Positions 23,201 to 33,331 of a stretch of DNA of 64,000 nucleotides are shown here, piece after piece. The notes under the pieces are model-generated. The model was not told where the DNA came from and searched no databases. It saw nothing but the letters and a program-made list of their open reading frames with translations. Origin of the DNA: Squalus acanthias (Eukaryota); contig CM059431.1 of NCBI GenBank assembly GCA_030390025.1, forward strand, positions 138,262,001-138,326,000, in the 5' to 3' direction. Position numbers and translations under genes: made by a program. Numbering within the stretch: position 1 is the first letter of the stretch; every line of letters begins with the position of its first letter.

Positions 23201-24466
23201 TGTAAGGGTTGGTAATGGGTTCAGCCTTCACTTTCTAACTCAGTGAGCGGTTCGAATCGCTCCCACGCCCCTCTGGTTCCTAGACGTTGGACTTATTTAG
23301 GGGTTGTGAACAAAAATGCAGTAGACAACAGGTTCTGGTGAAAGAATTTTGACTTTATTAAAAGAAAAAACGTACCAAACTTAAAACACACTTAATACGT
23401 AAACACAGATAGTGGAGCACACGGTACGGGCGAGGGAGAAAGACAATATACAAAACAAAAACCTTAACCCTCCCAAAGATCCCACTATCTAGCTAGGTTT
23501 TTGCTTTCAGGAGATCAGGGATAATGCTCACCAACGAAACCTTGACAGGATTTTAGAGTCTTTTGATTAAAAGATTTCGTAAGGCCCTTGTTGCTGCGAG
23601 GCGTCCGATGGTCACTGAGGCAGTCGCTCTGGTTTCTCCTTGTGTGCTGGTCTGTTTGCTGGCCTTCCTCCTCGTGGCTTGTAGTGGTTTTTGCTGGAGC
23701 AGGGAGAGAGCTGTGTCAGCGTAGTCAGCGAGTCCTAAAGAGAAACAAAAGTTTTGGGATAGGCTTTCAATTATACTGTCTTTTTTTCGCGTCCAAAAAC
23801 CCCTTACTAAAACGTTTCTTTTAGGTTTCAAATCAGCCTTGCTTAGTCCATTGTCTAGTTTTGGCGGGCTTGCCAGTTGCGATGGCTTTAGCTCAGTGTT
23901 AAACATGTCTTGATCGTTTTCCAATTTAACACAGCCTTATCTAAGCGCCAAATCGCAACCCTATGGTTCTACGTCTTTTGGCGGGCTTTTAAATCTGTCC
24001 CGTGGATACCTGGTTGATTGGTTTTTGATGAAGTACTAAATGTTTTATTGATTTCAGGCTTCTGGTATCCTGTTTGGGCCTGGGAATTTCAAAAGGGGGT
24101 CTTGGATTATTCATATTTCGATGTGTGTGTGAGGCTTTGGGTTTGTCTCTTCCTCCTTGGTAGGATTGCAGTGTAAACAATTCCCAGACAGCTTGATTGG
24201 GCCCCAATACCGAAAGCTGTTCACTGCCTGGCCACGCTCCTCCGCAGCCTGCCTTGTGTCTGTGAAAGGTGTCTTTCCCAACAGTAAGATTCAAAAGTGA
24301 TTTTCCTCAGGATTTTTCTTCCCTGATCTTTAAAATGTCCAAAACTGAGGTTTTTACATCAAATCACTTCACTTAGGTCCCATCATCCCAAGTTTGTATG
24401 AAAGGTCCAAAAATCACTCCCTTTAGGGCCCTGTTCGAGTTTCTGGGGGATTTTGCGAAGCCTACA
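23201..24466 (-). repeat. 5' LTR
   Basis: Direct repeat of 13805-15070, followed on minus by the PBS. Confidence 0.9.
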
Positions 24467-25654
24467 CTATAGTTCTCTGATTCTATGGAGTAGATTTTCA
24501 GCGTGCTGCCTGGACATCAAACTGGCATTTCAGATTACCCGCCAATTATGCAAACGACCTGCTTTTCATTCACATTGATTTCTGTTTCGAAGATACTACA
24601 GTCCTCTGTTCTCTGAACTGTGTGCCTCTGATTTTTTATTTCTATGGTTACATTATTGTTTGAATCATAGGCTCCAAGGTCCTAAGATTCTATGATTCTA
24701 TGATTCGCTGATTCTATGATTATCTGCTTATTTGACTCTCTGATTCTGTAACTCCACCATTCTACAGTCCCGTGATTTTCTATTACTCCGGTGCTAACTT
24801 TCTATGATACAATGATTATTTTTAACGTAATACTTCGCCATGAAGGCATCATCCTGCTGAATCTATGCTGCATGTTGTCTGTGACTTAATGAGGTTCTAT
24901 ATTGGGGTGCCCAAAACTGCACACATTTTCTGTCTGAGGCCTGTCCACAATTACTTTCTAATTTCTGTACTCTATGACCTCTTGTTTTTTTAATCCGCTG
25001 CTATTTGACTCATGCTCAAATTTTGAGATTAAACTCCCTAGGCTCAATTGCAAATCTTTTATATACACCAAGAACTAAAATGGACGCAGTTCTGAACCCG
25101 GACTATACCACTTCCAACCTGTCTCCAAAACAGGCATCCCCATTAGGCCCCGATTTTAAAAGGGCTGCCGCGAACGCTGCATGCCAGATGGAAGGCAATT
25201 GCCACGCCTGATGAGGGCACGACCTTTGAATGTTATGTAGGCCCCACCTCCCTTTAGTGGGAGTACCATCGATGGCGTGATTGTTCTTCATGACAATGAA
25301 GGCAGCCAGCAAGCTGGAGCTTGGAGGTAAATATTATAATTCGAACCTTTCCCCTGCACTATTCTCGCTGTTTAGAGTCCCTGCTCTTTTTTTCTCTGTC
25401 AACAGATTTACAGCTATCCTGCTGTAGTTTCTCATAGCTTTTTCCTGAGTTTTGTAACAAGCTTCCTTTGAAGCGTCTTATCAAATGCCTTGGGGAAATT
25501 CATTTATATTACATTCACAGCATTAACAATTAACTCCAATCCCACACCTCTTCGTTGGATCTTAAGGCCTCCAAGACAACTAGAGTTGGGAATAAAAGCG
25601 CCCTTGCCAGGGTCACCGAGGTCGCGAGAGTGAACAATCAAATGACGTACTCAC

Positions 25655-25766
25655 CAGTTGATGAACGAGCTCTTGCCGGCCGAATGGTTCCCCATCAACA
25701 TCACCGTGATCTTCTTCCTAGGAGCCAGGAGGCCGAGTCCCAGCCGGCAGGCAATGCCCTCCAGGC
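25655..25766 (-). CDS. Exon 2 of uncharacterised P-loop GTPase (dynamin/EHD-like N-terminal domain)
   Basis: ttgacag|GCCTGGAG...ATCAACTG|gtgagt gives (G)LEGIACRLGLGLLAPRKKITVMLMGNHSAGKSSFIN(W); Walker A GNHSAGKS. From memory it resembles zebrafish si:dkey-98f17.5. Confidence 0.85.
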
Positions 25767-26389
25767 CTGTCAACAGCAGAGGGTCTCTCATCACCTCATT
25801 CCAAACAGCAAAGTTGTGGGTTGTGTGTGCGTGAAAGTGAAACAGAGGGGGGATTTTAACTTTGGTGTAAGATGGGACATATCCAATGGGTCGCCCATTT
25901 TATACCACGCCCGATTTTCCTTACCATTGAAAACAATGGAAGGCCAATTCGATATTGCCCATTTCATATTATCGCCAGAAGCTAAAGTGCCCTCAGACAA
26001 TGATACTGGGATGGGGAATGTAGCTAAATTAAAGAGAGAAAGTAAATGCCTGCTTAATATACATGAGACGTTGATTGTCAGAATAATCAAAGAGTGCTCA
26101 GTTTAAGTTTGGATGATGGCATAACACGGCCGATGGAGCACTGGCCGCTGAGTATACACGCCGCCCGATTCTCCCTTCCACTGACTTCCTCAGAATGGAG
26201 AATCCAGCATGGTGGATAACACGTATCTAATTCGATATCACCCAGTTTACAGCTTCGCATGAAATTACAATTTGTATCTAAAGCATTGAAAGTCGGTCAG
26301 TGAGACCATAGTTGGACTGGTCTATCGTTATCTGGTTTATCTCTCTATCCCTTCTTGCACAAAGGTTACACTTGAAACCGCCACATCTT

Positions 26390-29066
26390 TAAATGTAATT
26401 CCTATTCACCCACTCTGTAAATCTCATTCCTACTCCCATTCCCTCACTTATGGATGCCAGACATATTCTCTCACTCGGTGAGTCTCACTCACAATCTCAA
26501 TCTCTTACTCTCTAAATCTCACTCTCATTCCCACACTCTGTAAATCTCACTCCCATTCCCTCTATCTCTAAATCTCACTCCCATTGCCTCACTCTCTAAA
26601 TCTTACTCCCGTTCTCTCACTCTGCAAATATCACTCCCAATCCCTCACTCTGTGAATCTCACTCCTTTTCCATCATTCTGCAAATCTCACTCCCATACCC
26701 TCAATCTGTAAATCTCACTCCCATTCCATCAATTTGTAAATCTCACTCCTATTCCCTCACTCTGTAAATCTCACTCCCATTCCCTCAATCTGTAAATCTC
26801 ACTCCTATTCCCTCACTCTGTAAATCTCACTCCCATGCCCTCACTCTGGAAATTTCACTCCCATTCCCTCACTCTGTAAATCTCACTCCAATTCCCTCAC
26901 TCTGTAAATTTCACTCTCATTCCCTCACTCTGTAAATCTCACTCCCATTCAATCAGTCGGTACATCTCACTCCCATTCCCTCTCTCTGTAAATCTCACTC
27001 CAATTCCCTCACTCTGTAAATTTCACTCCCATTCCCTCACTCTGTAAATTTCACTCCCATTCCCTCACTCTGTAAATCTCACTCCCATTCAATCAGTCGG
27101 TACATCTCACTCCCATTCCCTCTCTCTGTAAATCTCACTCCAATTCCCTCAATCTCTAAATCTCACTCCCATTCAATCACTCTTTAAATCTCACTTCCAT
27201 TCCTTCACTCTGTAAATCTCAATCCCATCCGCACTCTGTAAATCTCCCTCCCGCTCCCTCACTCTACAAATCTCACTCCCATTCCCTCACTTTGTAAATC
27301 TCACTCCCATTCCCTCAATCTGTAAATCTCACTCCCATTCCCTGACTCTGTAAATCTCAATCCCATTCCCTCACTCTGTAAATCTCACTCCCATTCCCTC
27401 AATCTGTAAATCTAACTCACATTCCCTCACTCTGTAAATTTCACTCCCATTCCCTCACTCTGTAAATCTCACTCACATTCCCTCACTCTGTAAATTTCAC
27501 TCCCATTCCCTCACTCTGTAAATCTCACTCCCATTCAATCAGTCGGTACATCTCACTCCCATTCCCTCTCTCTGTAAATCTCACTCCAATTCCCTCAATC
27601 TCTAAATCTCACTCCCATTCAATCACTCTTTAAATCTCACTTCCATTCCTTCACTCTGTAAATCTCACTCCCATTTCTTCAATGTGTAAATCTCACTCCC
27701 ATTCACTCAATGTGTAAATATCACTCCTATTCCCTCACTCTGTAAAACTCACTTCCATCCCTCACTTTGTAAATCTCACTCCCATTCCCTCACTCTGTAA
27801 ATCTCAATACCATGCCTTCACTCTGTAGATCTCACTCCCATTCCAACCCTCTGTAAATCTCACTCCCATTCCCTCAATCTTTAAATCTCACTCCCTTTCT
27901 CTCACTCTGTAAAGCTCGCTCCCATTCCCTCACTCAATAAATCTCACTCACATTCCCTCATTCTGTATTTCTCACTCCCTTTCCCTCAATCCGTAAATCT
28001 CACTCGCATTCCCTCACTCTTTAAATCTCATCCAATTCCCTCAATCTGTAAATCTCAATCCCATTGTTCACTCTGTCAATCTCACTCCCTTCCCCTCACT
28101 CTTTAAATCTCACTCCCACTCCCTCACTCTGTAAATCTCACTCCCATTCCCTCACTCTGTAAAACTCACTCCCATTCCCTCACTTTGTAAATCTCACTCC
28201 CATTCCCTCACTATGTAAATCTCACTCCCTATCCCTCACTCTGTAAATCTCACTCCCTATCCCTCACTCTGTAAATCTCACTCCCATTCCCTCACTATGT
28301 AAATCTCACTCCCTATCCCTCACTCTGTAAATCTCACTCCCATTCCCTCACTTTGTAAATCTCTCTCCCACTCCCTCACTCTGTAAATCTCAATCCCACT
28401 CCCTCACTCTGTAAAACTCACTCCCATTCCCTCAATATGTAAATCTCACTCCCACTCCCTAACTCTGTAAATCTCACTCCCATTCCCTCACTCTGTAAAT
28501 CTCACTCCCATTCCCTCACTCTGTAAAACTCACTCCCATTCCCTCAATATGTAAATCTCACTCCCATTCCCTCAATATGTAAATCTCACTCCCACTCCCT
28601 AACTCTGTAAATCTCACTCCCATTCCCTCAATCTGTAAACCTCACTCCCATTCCCTCACTCTGTAAATCTCACTCCCATTCCCTCACTCTGTAAAACTCA
28701 CTCCCATTCCCTCACTATGTAAATCTCACTCCCATTCCAGCAATCTGTAAATCTCACTCCCATTCCCTCACTCTGTAAATCTCACTCCCATTCCCTCAAT
28801 CTTTAAATCTCACTCCCATTCGCTCACTCTGTAATTCTCACTCCCATTCCCTCAATCTGTAAATCTCAATCCCATTCCTCACTCTGTAAATCTCTCTCCC
28901 ATTCCCTCACTCTGCAAATCTCACTCCCATTCCCGCACTCTGTAAATCTCACTCCCTATCCTTAACTTTGTAAATATCACTCCCATTCCCTCAATCTTCA
29001 AATCTGATTCCCATTCCCTCACTCCACAAATATCACTCCCATTTCCAGTCTCTGTAAATCTCACTC
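26390..29066. repeat. 28-bp minisatellite (CTCACTCCCATTCCCTCACTCTGTAAAT)n, ~95 units, in GTPase intron 1
   Basis: Direct reading; degenerate at both edges. Confidence 0.95.
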
Positions 29067-29498
29067 CGATCCTTCCTCTTTCTGCTGCCCTGCTGTGTCC
29101 ATACCAGACGGAGCCAGTGCATTGTGAGCAACAAGATTACTTAAAGCTGTAGTAAATCTCAGAGCTTGCGCTTCAAATATATTTCTAAATTTTAGAGATA
29201 CATATGACTGAATCATTATAAATATATTTAAATATATTTGAAAGAAAATTGTCTCACACAAACACAGCTCTGAGAGAGATTTCTGACAAAGTCCTGCTGA
29301 AAGCAACATCATAAAGTTGAATTGTTGCCAACTAATTCAGAGTGAAACTCGACAGCCGAGTGAATGAGAAACAACGAAGTAAAGCTCTCAGTTGCCGCCT
29401 TTCACACACGCGGGGGAGGGACTGGGCCGTGTGTTGCAAATATGTGTTGAAAATATATCTCAATGCTGTCCCTAAAACGCTTTCACCCAGTGTCTTAC

Positions 29499-29613
29499 CG
29501 TGATTTGAGCCCGTGTACAGCAAGTGACATTCCCTGAGGATCTTCTCATTAATGGAGAGGCTCACACTCTCCAAGGGGTTCGAAGCGGATCGCAGCCTCA
29601 GCCTTCCTGACAT
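29499..29613 (-). CDS. Exon 1 of the same P-loop GTPase
   Basis: ATG MSGRLRLRSASNPLESVSLSINEKILRECHLLYTGSNH(G)|gtaaga; 115 nt; phase 1 matches exon 2. Confidence 0.75.
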
Positions 29614-29966
29614 TGACTGTGCTGGGAGTTCCGCAGAATCCCTCAGCCTGGCCCGTTATGTAAAGCAGCAGGAGTTTTAAGTCAATGTGTGAGTGACAGA
29701 CCGTGTGTGCGAGCCTGCTCACACCATCTGTTTAATCCCTCTGGGCCCCTGTCCAACAGAATCTTTAAATCGCCGCCCACCCCAATCCAGCAGCTGGCTC
29801 GGGTCAACACCCTTGGTGTTCTGTTTAATTGAAGTCGTTAAAACGGAGCCTGTTGTTAAGGTCTCAATGTTCTGTTTAATGTTATTTTAACCAAACGTGT
29901 ATTCACCCCTCAATGCCATGTCTAATTCAGTAACTTATTATATTTGCAGGCTTGGTTAAACTATCG

Positions 29967-30738
29967 GGGGGGAAAATTCAGCTGCTTGCGCCTCCCGTTA
30001 GCGCCTTAAGAGGGCGCTAATGGGGCGTAAAGCAGCTAACGCCCGGGCGCAGCGCCGCCCACGCCTCCCGTAAAATTCAGCGGGAGGTTAGCGGCGGCGC
30101 CAGCCGGTAGCGCCCCGTGGCGCTGCGCCGCCGGCGATGACGTCATCGCCGTGCGCAGCACCCCGCTCGCGCTCCAGCCGCGATCTTCAGTCGCGCCCCC
30201 TGATTTACCGCCAGACGCTATGTCCGACGGGTTCAGGGAGGCGTACGTGCGGCCGGGGCGGCGATATTCAAAGGGGAGGTGGCAGGCCGCCATTTTTGTT
30301 GCTGGCCGCCTGCCAGCACCTGGCCCCGTTGCTGTCCCCGGCCCCGTGAAGCCCCCCCACCGTGAAGTGCCGGCTGCGCTCCAAGAGCCCGGCACTTCTC
30401 TTGAGTGCCGGGCTCTTTTGCCGGCACTCCCGATCCCTGGGGGCCCAGCTGGGCCCCGGTTCGCGCTGCGCAGGGTCCCTCCCCTTTAAGAAGGGGAGGA
30501 AGGCCTGCAATACCGCGGCGCGACGTGCCGCAGCGCCTGGCGCAGCGGCACGTAGCGCCAGGATATTCCCTCGCAGCGCCCCAAGAGGGATGCGGGGTGC
30601 TTCCAGTGGCGCCCCGCTTCCCTCTTGGGGCGCAACCACTGAAGTTCCGGCGCGGGGCCGCTAATTTTTTCGGGGTGCTAAAAGTCGCGCCCCGGCGAGG
30701 TTAGCGCCCCAAATGGGGCGCGACTGAATTTTTACCCC
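29967..30738. mobile_element. GC/CpG-rich Harbinger-like MITE (772 bp)
   Basis: TIRs GGGGGGAAAATTCAG ... CTGAATTTTTACCCC; 3-bp TSD TCG (29964-29966 / 30739-30741); repeated TTAGCGCC subterminal motifs. Confidence 0.75.
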
Positions 30739-32262
30739 TCGGTCTCTAATGAAATAGCAAAACTACAATCCACGAATAAACCTTCCATGTACAGTCTCAA
30801 AGTAACTACAACAAACATATTATTAATCTATTAATGCAGCTGAGTCCTCTGACAAAAACAACAACTAGATAAGGTCAAACTAAAATAAAAATATGGCTAA
30901 TCCTTAGAGGTGCTGCCTTATTCATTAACTAGTTATATTCAAGCCCCTTGTTAACCGCTTAGTGAAACCAACTACCGATCCTCTAGTTAATGTTCAAACT
31001 CTTCCTTGCGCGCTCCAAACTCTGGCGAAGCCCTGTTTCACTCAGATAAGTCCGGATGAGGCATGACGTTCGGTCCATCGAGCAGATCAATCCACTGAGA
31101 CCCACAATCCTATCACAGCCTCTAGCTGCTCCTTGAACGGTTCAACAGTCTTCCGTCCATCCTAGAATATCAATTCAGTGACCAGTCAGCACAAGTATGA
31201 AGCATTGACACATGGTCAAGCTCTGGTCCTTTACCGCTCTGTACCCTTAAACCTGATTAAGATATTCCTTGTTTACCAAACCTCGTACCTTGCCAAACTC
31301 CACAGGTCCACAGTCTTAGAGGCGACCTGAGAGTTATATAAAATAATGAAAGGCATGGATAGAATGCCGAATGATAGGTTATTTGAGTTTGAGAGGATGA
31401 AGAGAACCAGGGGACAAGCATTTACATTACACTAGCATAGGAGCGTTTGGATTGCGTTGCCAGTTTGTGCGGTGTTTCCTGACTCTCTGCATCCCTTCAG
31501 CAGGGAGCTGGACTGGTCTTGGCTGGGCCAGAGATCGCCTCATGTTAAATATATATTGCTTAACTATTAACGTGCGCATGGCCACTGTGATCTACTGGAC
31601 TGGTTTCGATCGTCTGAGCGTGTCCGGGAGGATTTCCGGGAGGTAGAAAGCCCTGATGCTACAAGCCTGTGGGAGCAGGATTGATGGGCCAGCTGGGCTT
31701 TTCCTATCTTTGTATGTTCCTGCACCGCCATTAAGTTTTAACAGTGTGACTTTTCGCTGCACTTTCCCCGTGGCCGAGATCTCTGACACCGGATCGCGGC
31801 CTAGCAGCCTCCCTCTACCTCGCTCCCAGGAGTGGATGCTACCTTTCTGCATGAGTGACCAGAAATAAAGTCAATACCCAGGGTCAGTCCTGACTGGAGC
31901 ACATCACAGCTGCAGCATTAGAGCCTGAAACGTCATGTTTATTGGGATTTGTAGCTCAGTCCTCTGTTTGTTTGTTTGCTCAGTGTATCCGCTAACCTCA
32001 GTCACATCACCATTCATTAAATGCTCACTGATTAATCTGTCCTTCACAATCCGAGAGCAGTTTTGTGTTATATGATTTTCAAAGGCAGCCTTGCATTGAC
32101 AGAGCGCCTTTCACCAGCTCAGGTTATCACGAAGCAATTTACAGCCAATTCAGTACTTTTGAGACAAAAATAAAATACTGCAGATGCTGGAAATCTAAAA
32201 TAAAAACAGAAAATGCCGGAGATACTCAGCAGGTCTTGCAGCATCTGTGGAGAGATAAACAG

Positions 32263-32299
32263 AGTTAACGTTTCAGGTCGATAACCTTTCGTCAGAACT
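32263..32299 (-). ncRNA. Minimal hammerhead ribozyme motif in PLE2 left pLTR
   Basis: AGUU-CUGACGA-A-AGGU-UAUCG-ACCU-GAAA-CGUU-AACU; 4-bp stems I and II, palindromic ACGU. Confidence 0.75.
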
Positions 32300-32570
32300 G
32301 GAAAAAAGCAGGAAATGGAAAAGATATTTAAGCAAGTGTAGAGGCTGGGAAAGGGGAGCGGGGTTGAAAGAACAAAAGGGATGGTCTGTGATAGGATAGA
32401 AGGCAGGAGAGGTTAAGAGACATTAAGAGATAATGAAGGCAAAAGGAGATGGTAATGGGACAGGTTAAGAAACAAAGGAAGGCTCTAGATGAAATGTATA
32501 TTGCGCTGGCAGAATGAAAGTCAGCTGCCATGTGGGAGAGAAGAGAAGACACAAACAAAAAGTGTGGTTA

Positions 32571-33331
32571 GGCCCGAAAATTAAACCTAATACGCGAGAG
32601 TACGCACTGTGTACTCTCGCGTATTAGATCCCGAATTGCCGGTTTCCTGCATGCACTGCGGATGCGCGGGAAACTGGCACTTCGTGAATTGCAAAGGGGG
32701 CGGTTCCTAAGTGAACCGCGTGCGCGCTACAGGTTGTGCGCATGCAGTGCACTTAGTTTTTTTTCAGCTTTGAACGCGTAGGTAAGTGGTGAATATTTTA
32801 CTCATAAAAAAAGCAGGCGTAGGACCCCCTTTTAATAAGGTAAGTAGTTAATTAAGTGTTATTTTACATTTTTTTCAACAGGTTTACCTTTTTTAGAGAC
32901 TTTAAAGAAAGGTAAGTTTATTTTTATAACTTTTAAAAAGATTTTAAATTTTTTCAAAAATTTAAATTTTTGTTTGAAGTGGTTAATTTATTTAACTATA
33001 ATTATTTTATTAATGTGATGGCTTTTTTAAAATTTAATTGAGGTTTAGCTGTTCTTTTGGGGGTTTGTAGTATTCATAGCTTTGACAGCCCTTGCTGTCA
33101 AAACTATGAATGAAAGATGGTGTGCTGCCATTGGCTCTAACTGAATCACGTGATCCCAGAGCTCGCACGAACTAATTGCGCCTCCGGGAAACACACACAC
33201 TGCGCGGTTGCAACAAGAAGAGGCTCTGAACTAAAGTTCGTGTGGGCCCCAAACAAAAAGGTAGGCGCGGAGTGCGATATCGCGGGGAATCCTTACCCCC
33301 GCGGGAAGCATTGATGTTTAATTTCTGGGCC
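32571..33331. mobile_element. Harbinger/PIF-like MITE (761 bp), same family as 1900-5949, inserted in PLE2 pLTR
   Basis: TIRs GGCCCGAAAATTAAAC / GTTTAATTTCTGGGCC; flanked by TA; absent from the partner pLTR copy at ~35680-35700. Confidence 0.85.

Larger units (their letters stand above)
13805..24466 (-). mobile_element. Endogenous retrovirus-like LTR element, internally deleted (gag-pro-RNaseH remnant; no RT core, IN core or env), interrupted by CR1
   Basis: Two ~1.27-kb direct repeats, outer termini TGTAGG...CCTACA, PBS next to the 5' LTR, Gag with CCHC knuckle, protease LVDTGA. Confidence 0.9.

Noticed and set aside
25555..26106. 183-aa plus-strand ORF
   Set aside because: Antisense shadow of the GTPase exon plus MITE-like sequence; no motifs.
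26390..29066. 28-bp and 26-bp (37120-42560) arrays as CRISPR
   Set aside because: Head-to-tail units with no unique spacers, no cas genes and a vertebrate context.
30036..30704. Cluster of overlapping Ala/Gly/Pro/Arg-rich ORFs
   Set aside because: By-product of very high GC inside a TIR-bounded MITE.
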